64,000 nucleotides of DNA from Kudoa neothunni. Lineage: Eukaryota; Animalia; Cnidaria. Numbering within the stretch: the first letter of the stretch is position 1; each line of letters starts with the position of its first letter. The notes below the pieces were generated by a model, which saw only the letters and a program-made list of their open reading frames with translations, was not told the DNA's origin and searched no databases. Both the position numbers and the translations under genes were made by a program. The DNA is taken from positions 9,451,245-9,515,244 of the forward strand of contig OZ199838.1 in NCBI GenBank assembly GCA_964304625.1. Direction: 5' to 3'. This document shows, piece by piece, positions 37,830 to 49,687 of the stretch.

Positions 37830-40800
37830 GGTACTGGCTATTTCCACGGTGCGAAATATTTTCTAGGTTTCCAATGATAATTAAAATATGATTTCAGATA
37901 TGTGTTTAGCAAATTTTTACCTATAAGAATTTTGTTTTTTACGAAAAATTTTGTGCTGAATATTTAAACTTGCAATCGCTTATTTTCCGTCTAAATATTA
38001 TTTTATGCCAATTATTTTTATTTCTAATTTCAGAAAACGTTTGCTTTGATACCAATGAAATGATATTCACGCCACACTTTTGATAGATGTGCGTTAACGA
38101 GACAGACTGTGATTAACTGCTTCAGGTATTAACATAGCATGTTTCACCTTAAGTTGAATTAAAAAAGTTTATAGGTTAGGCTTTGCGCGCGATGTTTAAA
38201 GAAACATAATTATCGAGTAAACAACAACGAAATATATTATTTTAAGAATTATATTGTTTATACATTCAAATTTGTTATTTTATTTGGTTTTGTCTTCTTT
38301 TTCGCTTCTTTGGAAGCACAATTGCGGTAACTTTGCCTCCTTTCGGCCTTCCTATGGATTTTATTTTAGAAGGGAGAAGCAAATCTAAATTAAGATAATA
38401 TTTTTTAGTTGTTAATATTCGACTTTTGAATTTTTTTGATATTAATTGCTCGGATTACATTGAATTCCATTTAGCAATAGCACCTAATTTTGTTGATTTA
38501 AGAAATTACGGAATAAGATACCATTTATTACATCTGTCGTAACTTCTGGTTCATCTGTTAATAAGAAAAATTATGATTAATGTCATATAAATCAATTTAC
38601 TCGACAGCTCAATTTCAGAGTCAACGCATCTAGTTATATTTACTGAATTTTCATCGTCGCTATCATGTTTCACTAAAGTACTCATTATTTGTGTATAAAA
38701 TGTTACCTACTTAGTTTTATCACAGTAGCCAGCTTCTTTTTATCGTTATTTTTAATAATATTTTCTAACTCTTTAAAAGCATCTAAACACATTTCGTAGA
38801 AGTTACCGCAAAATTCAGCTGACGCAGCTGCTAATTTATTTGTGAAAGTTGAAGATAATCTGAGTCTTTGAGAGAAATATCGAATCGAGACCTTTGCTTT
38901 GATTGTTACGATTGGCTTTCTCGATATTAACGTATTATTTCCAATCTTAAACATACTTAAAAATTCAGAAACATGTCGTCGAGTCCATCGATGATGGCAC
39001 AAAGATTCATCGAACATTTCGACTACATTTACTGCTCTTTGATGGAAAATATGTACACATGGGAGGTTGAATGATAGATAATGTGGACAATTACATGTGT
39101 TGATACTTGAATTATATGAATCATCCTTTAAACATTTTAGTTTTTCCAACTGCGACAAAGTTATATTTGCCGCAAACGGAGTAAGTAATTTATTATAACC
39201 ACTATATGTTTCATTTATCATTGAATGAGGCTTAATAAGATCTGAAACAATATTATTCTTTCTTTCAATTCATCATATTCAGTTTCAGACGTTGCATATA
39301 TCATTTTTGAAGAGTTACCAGAAGTGACTTTTCTTTTCAATATCAACTATATACTTCTTTAGAATGATTTCTCATTGGAAGGACTGATTAACGTGAAATC
39401 TACATATGATTAGGGGTGCTTCATTAAAAGCTTGTTTTAGACATTTTCTTAGGGTGCGATCCTTATCAGTGATTATTGTCGAAAGTTTGAGCTTTAAACA
39501 AGGAGCAGCATCTATTAGCTCATGTAAAAGCCATTTTATTGTCTGTTCGGTTTCTTCATAAATATACACGCACTTGTAATGTGCGTTTGATCACACGAGT
39601 CTTGTGTTGCTGTTATGTAAAGCGGAGTTCTAAAACAGATAAATTAGTCATTTCAAATTATTAACTACGTTGAATTAAGCAGTTGATATGTGGCATCCAT
39701 AAACATAACCTGAGGGAAGTAGTTGATTACATTTTTCATTTTTTCATCAATAAAAAATATACCGCTTGCGGAATTTTCACTGGCCAATATTCTAACTTCA
39801 CACTTATAATTTTATTTAAGAAGCTTTACAACCGAGCTAACATCTTTTATTCCGCGAGAGGAAAATTTTTCACGTTGTGAAGTGATTTCAATGACACATT
39901 AATACCTCTTTCTTGTCTTAGTTTTACCTGAATTGTTTTCTTTTTCGCCCTAAGAAATAGCAATTCAGACAAGAATGTATCATTAAGATTAATTTTTCGT
40001 TGATCAGGTAAACTTTCAAAAATAGTTGGGTAACAGAGATGGGTGTGTCCTAAGTTTACAGATTTAATCTCTAGAAAATTTCCGTCCAAGCTGGCACGAA
40101 GACTGAAGTAACACACATACCTTATTTCGTAATAAACAATATCAGGTTTAAAGTCCTGTTATATCGTCGTTGAGCATTGGAAATCTTTCTTGAATCCCTT
40201 ACTTTTATATTAAAAAAATTTTTGCTTTCGTATTGGGTAATTTTGTGTTTCTGTTGTATACGCGCCAAATGCCAAAAAATACATAGAGTGAATTGAAAAA
40301 AAGCACGAGTGAGTCAAGTAGTCAAATATTAATAACATGTTTAAATAGGATGAGGGGCTCTACATCCCCATGTGGTCCGGCCTTCATTTTTAATAATTAG
40401 TACCGCCGCTTCCTACGGTAAGAAAGTTTCATGAAGAAACAGGGACCAAATACTCTTTGAATAAGGAAGGAAATAGTTTCCAATTCTTGCCGCAACGGGG
40501 ATTCTGTTTTGGCGCCAATTCGTGGAAGGCTCGAGATCCAACAGTTTCAATTCCTCGTAAGAATTGAATTTTATTCCTACAATGAATTCTGGATTTCCTT
40601 CATTTGCCATGTCTTCAAGCTAAACGAGCAACGTGAGTTCATTATAATCCGTGTATAGAACCATTCTAGTACCAACATGATTGTCTCAGTTTGTTAATAA
40701 TTTCAACTTTTAAACCCTAGTTTGAGATACTTTAGGGTTATATTTTTTCATTTAACTAAAGCATCAATCACGCCAAAACCACATTGACATTAATACATAG

Positions 40801-41281
40801 GTTGTAGACCAACAATTTTTCTTATAAATTTATTGTATTTTTAAAATATATTTACTTAATTATATATATGGAAGATATATCTTTTTAGGTAATTTATTAG
40901 TTATATTTTAATGTTTATCGACAGACAATATATTGTTTAACAACCAACTAATTTGTTGGACTTAGAAAAATGCGAGCGCAATGTCTAATGGTTCGAAGTT
41001 TAAACGATTACAAATATATCTTTTCTAAAAGGAAAAGATATCTTTAACTGTTGAAATAAATATTTATATAAAATAAGAACTGACTAATTATATGCGATAT
41101 CTGTAAATCTTTCATTTTAAGCATTGTAACGGTGGTAACGTGTAAATATTCAGCACTAAATTTTTCATAAAAAACATAAAAGTCCTATAGGTAAAAATTA
41201 GCTATACACGTATCTGAAATCATATTTTAATTATCATTGGAAACCTAGAAAATATTTCGCACCGTGGAAATAGCCAGTGCC
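37830..41281 (-). mobile_element. Mutator/MULE (SWIM-type) transposon, full length, transposase disrupted
   Basis: TIRs of about 140 bp, GGTACTGGCTATTTCCACGGTGCG.. / ..CGCACCGTGGAAATAGCCAGTGCC. Perfect 9-bp TSD TTTAAACTA (37821-37829, 41282-41290). ORF pieces FNSYEEL..VRDSRK..YYEIRYVC, IITDKD..ICRFHV and SWIM CNC..LPCVHIF. Confidence 0.95.
40252..40543. mobile_element. Solo LTR (292 bp) inserted in the MULE transposase
   Basis: Ends TGTTG...CAACA, flanked by 5-bp TSD GTTTC (40247-40251, 40544-40548). Removing it restores the minus-strand frame EELK-HKITQYESKNFFNIKVRDSRK. Confidence 0.85.
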
Positions 41282-42354
41282 TTTAAACTACTACAACTAT
41301 TCAGACTCATAGTTTAATCGTTGTTTAAACTCAGAAAATATTGATAACTAAAAATATGTTTCCTTTTAAGAAGGTTGCATTTTGATCCTGAAATACTGCA
41401 AGAAGAAATCACATGTAAAAGATTAATTGAGCATAAAACCAGAATTAAAAGGAATAACGACAATCCACTTTAGTTAAAACTCAACTTAAAATCAGGAGAA
41501 AAAAGTTTTTCATTAATAATATGAATCTTTATAAAACATAATATAATGAATTTACATGAAGTTCTGGTTTAAAATGATGGCTTATTCGAGGTTAAACACC
41601 AATTTAATGAGAGGGTGGGGTTTAGGAGCCCACGATTATCTACAAAGCGTTAATAGAATAGTATTATCCACAAAAAATCACGAAAATGTACTATCCATTT
41701 GTTTCACTTTTCATTTAACATATTCAATATCAATTAGATAAAGAATAGATAATCTTTTGGCACACACAAAGTACATTTATCATCCCCGGTGATCCACCGA
41801 CCTATTCTTCATCTTCATCTTCATTCTCAACCTAATATCTTATCGAATTTAATGCGCATACTTGGCCAAATGAATTTTAAAAGTTTGAAAATAATAACAA
41901 TGTTCTTTTGTGGCTATCCCAATCTTATCAGGGGATCAATAACATGATAAAATTCCCATATAACCTACTCAAACTTTTCTGTTCCTATATTAAGGAAACA
42001 ATGTTAACAAGTTAATTTAAAACATGTTAATTCGCAAGTACTAAAAGTTTGAATAGAAAAATTCGCTGCCATCTTAAAAGTAATTTCATCCCAGGAGCGA
42101 TAAACACCCTTGATAAGACCAAGGATCCTTTCTCGAAGCTTACCGGAATGGTAAAAGATTAATCGTTAAATTGTTTATGGGTTTTAACCCAATTATCGTA
42201 GTATCGTTGGAATCAAATATTTTTATTAGCTAGGTGAATTTTTTAGCAGTTCTTCTGCCTGCAGAATATCAATCGATAATAAAAAAGATACACCGGATCC
42301 TTTCAATAATTATCTCTTAGAAAATGTCCGCGCAACTTTGACATCTGGCAACAA

Positions 42355-42839
42355 ATGGTAAAGGTTTTGAATAGTGAGGTAGGCTTAGCTTACATTTTTA
42401 AAACACCAGTGTAACAAAAAGAGATTTTAACAAATTTTATACTAGGAATTGAATAAACTACTTGAAAGAAATACGGACACTGATAGTGTCGTCTTGGTCG
42501 ATTTTTTTGCAACATGGTGTGGTCCATGCAAAAGAATAGCTCCAATTTACGATGTAGATTGATTAGGAACTGCATTCTGTTGATAATGGAAATTTTTAAG
42601 AGCTTGTCAACGGAATATTCCAATGTTGAATTTTACAAGGTCGATGTTGATAATGCAGAGGTAGGGACCGCTCACGGTTACTACCACCGGTTATTTTAAT
42701 TATTTAGGAATCTGCTATGGCCTATGGAATAAAAATTCTACCTACTTTTGTGGTATTCAAAGGAGGAAAGCCTGTTGAACGATACATGGGTTCTGACCCA
42801 AGTAAACTGACTGCATTTGTCGGTGCTCACAAGCCATAA
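42355..42839 (+). CDS. TXN: Thioredoxin, copy 2 (WCGPC), 4 exons
   Basis: MVKVLNSE|[36 protein letters not shown]|[20 protein letters not shown]|[43 protein letters not shown]. Same intron positions as copy 1. Confidence 0.95.
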
Positions 42840-43286
42840 ATTTTTCCTGAGCGAAGTTTAACTTTTTTCACCTATTATGATATTTTGTGTCGTAGTGATT
42901 CGTTGATTTTTCGTGTTTTCGATGTTGATGGCGCAAACAATATTATATTAACTCTTTCAACCAATGGTGAACACATTTTCATGATGTGGGACCATAAGTT
43001 ATAAAACCTATTGGTAATCCCTAATATAATGCAACATAAGATTAATTTTTTTCTAATTTACTATTGGTCTGTATTGTCTTTAACCCTAGAAAGCTCACCA
43101 AAAATAGTTACACGAAAGCTCAATGGGCTCTTTTTTGGCCCAAGTATAAATTGATCAAATAAAGTCACCTAATTATCGTAGAATATTTTTGTATATTATT
43201 GAATTATAAAGGATAAACAATATCTTTCATTCTAATTTCAGGAATCTATAAACTATAAATATCCATGGAGAGGGATTTTTGTAATA

Positions 43287-44208
43287 CACTCGAACCCCGT
43301 TTATCCGAAAATCGCGCAATCCGAATGATTTTTAAAAATTTATTTGAAAATGATGTAGTTTATAATTAAAAAAAATCGTTTAACCGATATTTCAGCAACT
43401 GCAATCCAAAACAACTTTTTTCTGGATTTTTCGGATAAAAATGCCGTGAAGTCTGAATTAGTGCCTGGTCGAAACAGCACCTACACTTATTTTTTTTGAT
43501 ACACATGTTCGTTATTTATTCAATTCAAGTTTATGTTTCATTAATGGAAATAGCGTAACGTAGATAGTATAGTATTTTATGTTCAAGATGAACGAATAAA
43601 TGTTGGATAAAGACAAACTTCCTTATATCTTATCTTTTCAAGAGTAATAAAATGTAGACATGGAATTTATTGGATTGTTTAATCACCAACCAGCAGTGAC
43701 TTCAGAAGACCAATATATCCACGGAATTGACACAATTCAATAATGTTCACACATTAGTTTTTTCCCATAACACCCCCACTTTAAGTCTTAACAATCATTA
43801 ATCAATATTAAATTATTGGAATATGACATATTTTAATTAATGAGGAAATTCTAAATATCGTTATGGAGAATTCTGGGAAAATACTCCTCACTGTTACTTT
43901 ATTATCCTTACCATAATTATTAGTACAACTCACAATATCCAAATAGGAAAGAGATTAAAAAAAATTAATAATAATAGTCCATTTTTTAGAATCTAGAATG
44001 TATCATTCTAATATGGCGCAGCGGCGTTAAGGTCACACATATTGGCAGTATGCGTGCGCCGGTTAGATTGGGTTTAGAACTACTGTGCCTTAAACTAAAG
44101 TTTTCACATTGTATTCACTAGTATATCTCATATATAGAAGAGTTTTATTTACAAATATAAAAAGAACATTGAATAATAAAAAATAAAGTATGTAACCAAC
44201 CTACAATT
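43287..44208. mobile_element. Tigger-type non-autonomous element (left TIR retained), second copy
   Basis: TA|CACTCGAACCCCGTTTATCCG left TIR. 43376-44208 matches 23247-24019 plus an extra 60 bp. Confidence 0.78.
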
Positions 44209-44257
44209 TTTTAAAATCTCATATGCGCATTCATCGAATCTTTTAATTCGTTGTCAT

Positions 44258-44860
44258 AAATTAAGATTATTCTCAAAGAAACAAAACATTAATATATTAA
44301 GAGCATTTTTTCAATTTATAATATACAATATTGATAAGGGGACCTAACTAAGCACGACGTAATGTTGGTTGTTGAGCGTTTAAAAAGGAGATTAAGTTCT
44401 GTACACCACTAGATTCGTCATGGGTGGGAATAATACGTTTGACTTCGATACCTTCCATTCCATAACATATTTCATCGTTAAATCATATTTCAAAGAATAT
44501 GATCTTAATATACAGAAGTTGTGGAGCGACAAAGATGATAGCATGTTGTTGGATGTAGACCATGATTTCATGGAAACAGCTTTATGGCCTTACTGCGTAA
44601 ATAATACGTCGTCGTGGTTTTTATTAAATTATGTTGAATTGTTTACAGAAATTATTTGTTTGTAGTTTACATTATTATATGAAAAATTTGGATGATAACT
44701 AATCTTGTTATGCGCAAAACTTAATCTTCTTTTTAAATATTCGACAGCTAACAGTACGTCGTGATTATTTAGATCCCCTTATCAATACTGTGTATTATAA
44801 CTTGAAAACATGCTCTTAATATATGAAAATTTAGTCTCTTTTCTAACGATCTTAATTTAC
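44258..44860. repeat. Long-TIR foldback/MITE
   Basis: 44258-44400 (AATTAAGAT..AAGAGCAT..TTGATAAGGGGA..CACGACGTA..GAGATTAAGTT) is the reverse complement of 44718-44860. No TSD recognised. Confidence 0.75.
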
Positions 44861-45286
44861 GGCGGGGCTTCCCAATTGGGAGTCCGAAACTCACACCTTC
44901 AGTCATCGAAAAAATTGTACGGATGAACATGTTTTGCACGTATTTTACCGATTCTTAATATTCATAATCTCTCTCAAAAATGTATCATGTGCGATTCGTG
45001 CGCAATCAAAGCTGAAAGTTGTCGGATAAACAAGTAGCTATTTGATGAATTTTACTGAAAATTAATTTGTTTTTAATCTACTTTTTTAAAATTGATTAGT
45101 ATGTGAAATAAAAATAATAATTTATTACTTTTCATTCATAAATAAATTATTTAATATCTTAAAAATCTTAACATAAAAAATAAGAAAATATTTACTTTTA
45201 ATGGAAAAAATGAACGACTTAAAAAGTTTTTTGAAATGTGTTGAATTATTAAGAATTGTATTATTTATTTTTTTTAAAGTAAACTA

Positions 45287-46312
45287 CAGTAGGTGGCCGT
45301 TAATTCGTAACTTTCCTTAAAACATTATCCATCCGGCTAAATTTATCAAATAACATTTATTGAGTTATTAATTAAATGTAAGAGTTACTTTTTTATTTTG
45401 TGAAATAAAAAGTTTTAAAATTGTGTAATAACCGAGAATTCGTAATTATTTCTAAATGTCCGAAAAAAGAATTCAGAAATTCGGAACGTTTCAAGAGAAA
45501 TATATTATTAAATATTTTGATAGTTTTCCGCCCGTAAATAGAAAGGCAGGAATTATTAAAAACTTCAAAATAGGTTACATTTAAAGTTTAAATGGCATTT
45601 TAGGATAAGGACTCAAATTAAACAGGCACTTGAAAATCAATTGCTTTTGGATAAATGAAGATCAATGCGAAAAGGAAAAGATGGAGACGCTGAATAGCGT
45701 GTATGAGTAGTTCGTTTGGATGAGGTCGATTTGTATCGAATTATAGTCCATCGAAATAATTAACAAAAGAAATCAGATCGGTGCTCCTGATAATGATTTA
45801 ACAAATGTTAGTTATGGATGGTTTCGTGGCTCTAAAAATAGGTTCAACTTAAAAAAAGTCAGTTTCCGTAACAAAGCTAACACGGTATCCATAGGAATTA
45901 TTACAGATTGGAACACTCAACTTATTGAAATTCTTGAAAATTATAAAGAGGATAAAACATATAATGTCGATGAGACCGCGCTGTTCTATCAATTAATGCC
46001 TCGTAGGTGATCCCAAAACATGGTTTTTTTTGTTTCGAATAAATTGTTTACATACATTAAGTGAAACCCAAAAATTCTTAATAATATTTCCATTATAACA
46101 ATTATTTTTTTCGCGCCAAAGGAATGCTTTATTATTTTTCAGGTTTGATTTAATTTATGAATATTCTTAAATCGATGAATCAATAAAAGTCATTTTCCAT
46201 TGTATTTTTATCGCACGCGCGCACAAAAGCTATTACGAAGTAGACGTCACTGACGTGTAATTCGTAATTTTCCCTGGTCCTGAGGGGATCGCGAATTAGT
46301 AGTCACCGACTG
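45287..46312 (+). mobile_element. Internally deleted pogo/Tigger element
   Basis: TA|CAGTAGGTGGCCGTTAATTCG ... CGAATTAGTAGTCACCGACTG|TA. Remnant SYGWFRGSKNRFNL..YNVDETALFYQLMP. Confidence 0.85.
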
Positions 46313-46639
46313 TATATCTTTTATTTAATTAGAATAACGGAAAAACATTATTAAGATTATTTTGGTGAAAAATGATTCACAAATTTTGTTTTAATCATAT
46401 TTATTGGTTTAATATTTATATCCTTTTACATTGGGGTATAATTTAATGAATGGTCAATTCTAACAAATTATAAATACTATTTGATTCCTTATTTATTTTT
46501 AGCGAAATATGAATTTTTTTATATTTTTCCCATTAAATCTTTATTTATGTGCTTCTATAACATCCTTTAATTGGCGACTAATATTGTCTTGAAATAAAAT
46601 TTATTCTATTTCCATTTTCATAGAAATGATCGTTTTTTG

Positions 46640-47800
46640 ATAGATATCTCAAAAAACTTTTTCCATTTGATCAAAAATTCAACCGCCAGAATTAGAATTT
46701 TCCCTCGTTTCCAATGAAAACAGTTTAATCTACGTGGTTTGGCCGACAAAGTGTGGATTATCGGCTAGTCACGCGATACAACAGATTGGGAATTTCCTAA
46801 TTTAATTCAGAAATATTTTTAAGACTTTTATCTTTTTATTATCACAAAAATATTATAAAACGCTACACCAAATATAAACTTTGAATGCGTCGTATCGATG
46901 AAAATGCATACTATCGGTTGCCTACTGTAATACGTCACATGAATTATAAGAACTTTTGGTTTGTAAATGTAGATAAACTCCACTTTAGAGGACACTGAAG
47001 AGTTCCAGGATAGAACTGTTTATTTTAATTAATATTGTTGTCAAAAGGGCGATATTATGATTACGATTTTCGTTTAATACTCTAGTTGACGGGTCAGTTA
47101 AAAGATAAAGATTCTTTTTATTCTTTAAAGTTTTTATAATTGAATGATCCATTTATTGTGGCGAAGCCGGGTGACTCGATAAAAATAAAATTTTTAATTT
47201 AATTAACACTATCGTCAAAAAGATGATATAAAAAATTATGAGTTTATATTTTTCTGCCGAGGTTGTATATAGGGATTAATACATTTTTTTACAATTTCAA
47301 CTCCAGAATCCATCGAAGTTTCTTCATACAAATGATGCTGAGATAGTTGCTTTTATTTGGATAATAGTAAAATACCGATAAAAGATTTAAATTCTTTTAT
47401 GGTTACGTGAAAAGTTTAATTATTTGTTGGCATAAATATTTGTTTTGTAACAATATTTTAAACGACCTTATCATCGAAATTTTTTTATAATACTTCATAA
47501 GATTCATACCTACTTTTTAAGCCATCGTACATAATGCCACATTTATTCTGAGTAACTATTTGACAATCAGTGGCACGGTAATTATCATTAATGGTTTGTT
47601 ATTAATATATGACAAAGTTTCTACATCACCGCATATTTCTGGACGGTTCAGATTACAATGATATCATAATCTCTTGAAACAAAGGGGATCTTCTTCATCA
47701 GTCAAAATACCAATATTATCTTTAGCCTCAGGTAACGCCAAAAACTCAACTGCGTTTAAAATATCAAATTTTTTTCACGATAACTATCAGAATCAATTAT
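46640..47800 (-). pseudogene. Highly decayed piggyBac-like transposase fragments
   Basis: Minus-strand pieces VEFLALPEAKDNIGILTDEED and EFKSFIGILLLS resemble PGBD-type transposases. Boundaries approximate. Confidence 0.4.
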
Positions 47801-48968
47801 GTTTTTGTACGCCGTTTTTAAGGTGTAAGCACTAGGTCAGCGCTTCCCGATTCATTTTAGTTTCCTGACCCCCTACCACTTACGAGGACAACTCCGCACT
47901 CCTTCTCAAAAAAGAGATTTAAAATGGATTTATTTTTAGGTGAGGAAAATATTTTTATTAAAATAACATTAAAAAGAATAAAACCGCCTATTTTAACAAG
48001 AAACAAATGTGAATAAAATAAATAAAACTGATAATAAATTATATGTTTTGAATTTTTTTCTTTGTATCTGTTAGTAATAAGTTTGTAAATGTTCAATCTT
48101 GCCTTCGTATCGTAAAAACAGAACTTTCTAATTTATTCTATTCAAAATTAGAACGATGATGTTTCAATTTAACTATGGCGTAACTTTATGTGATTTTTAG
48201 TTTATAAATTTTTTTGCATAGATTGTTCATGATTAAAAAAGTGTTTAACAATATTTGTTCCAAAATTCACACATGAAAATTTTTAATTTATTTCATTAAG
48301 TTATCTTTTTATTTATATCCATTAATTAACTAAAGAATACTAAATAATTATTTTATAATTAAAATTAACTTCAAAGTAGAATAATCGTCACAAATTCAAA
48401 TATACGATTTTTAAATATTTTAAATTAAATCAATTATTGATGTTGTTAAGTCCAAAGCATTTTTTTATCACTTATCTAAGCAATATAAAAATGATGTAAA
48501 GCCTAAAAATAAACATTTATTACCTAGTTTGGAACTTAAAGTGAAATATTACGTCATATTTTATAATCTACTTCAATATTTTTGTGTGGTTGAATGTTTC
48601 AAGCGTTTTAACCTAATATGATTAATTTACTGAGATGCATTATCTATCGAAACGTTTGTAAGAACTAGTAACAACTACAAAACGTTGGAATCATGAAATC
48701 CCTATTCAAATCCTTAATAATCCTCACTTCAACACATAATCAACCTCGATTTTTTAAAGGCCTAGTGATATGGTAGATTCATAATAATAATGCCCCTTGG
48801 GATCATAACGCATGTTCATTTATATTTTAAAGGAACATTGGGTACGAAGGAGTGGCCCAGCTTTTGATACATATTTGAAAAGATAACACCATTAATAATC
48901 TACTCCTAATCTAGAAATATTCATATAATCAATTAGTTTTACCTGAAGTAAGAAATTTTTTCGGTGCC

Positions 48969-49166
48969 CTACTTTAAATTCCAGATAAGAAAAAGTATTT
49001 GCGTAGGATTGTCAATTACATCCATTATCCAATATTTCTGATTTTTTCGAATACGACGAACATTGTACTTTCTTTTAAAAATCGACATTTCATCAATTTG
49101 AAATATCATTTCTATACCTCCAATTTTTGGGAATTTATTCAATTTTGAAGCCATAAAATCTCTCAC
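48969..49166 (-). pseudogene. Merlin/IS1595-like transposase fragment
   Basis: KIGG..IFQIDEMSIFKRKYNVRR....YWI matches the Merlin pattern KIGG..V(E/Q)IDES.F.KRKY..GR....WV. Confidence 0.75.
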
Positions 49167-49191
49167 AATAATCTTTCATTCGATGATGATC

Positions 49192-49648
49192 ATTTTTTTT
49201 GTTTACAAGGTAAAACCTTGGCACAACTTATCAGGTTGTGGAATTCTAGTTGGTCATACCTCTTCCATTAACGCTTTAGACACCGCAGGATGTAACTTGA
49301 AACCCCTCCCCTTATCTTTATGCGGTAGTATGTGACTTTAACCCATTAAACATCCTCGTCTCAGGGCAACCACCACCCTAAACCCTATCCCTTTAAGGAC
49401 GTTGGCTCTGCGGGGATTGCAAATTACTCGACTTTCGATGGGTTCTGGAGATTCAAACTTCTATTCACGCGAATTTGGCTGCCAGTGCATCCCACTCCAC
49501 AGCGAGCCTACACTTTAACCACAACTCCCAAATATGGGATAGAGACTCACCGACACGGAAGCAGTAATCTTAACACCGGCGGATTTGAACCCATTACCTC
49601 ATGGTTCTGAGTCCGAGTGTCACACCCGATGTGCAATGTGTCCTCGCC
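49192..49648 (-). mobile_element. tRNA-derived SINE, copy 1
   Basis: Minus-strand head ..GAGGTAATGGGTTCAAATCC (B box). Tail CCTTGTAAACAAAAAAAAA. The 3' ~190 bp is shared with 57200-57380. Confidence 0.75.
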
Positions 49649-49687
49649 CTTCCGGATAGCGAGATTCCGGTAATCGAACATCAACAA

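Noticed and set aside
40500-40520. TGGCGCCAAAACAG resembling a tRNA-Lys primer-binding site
   Set aside because: It lies inside the TG..CA unit bounded by the TSD rather than just after an LTR, and the match is partial.
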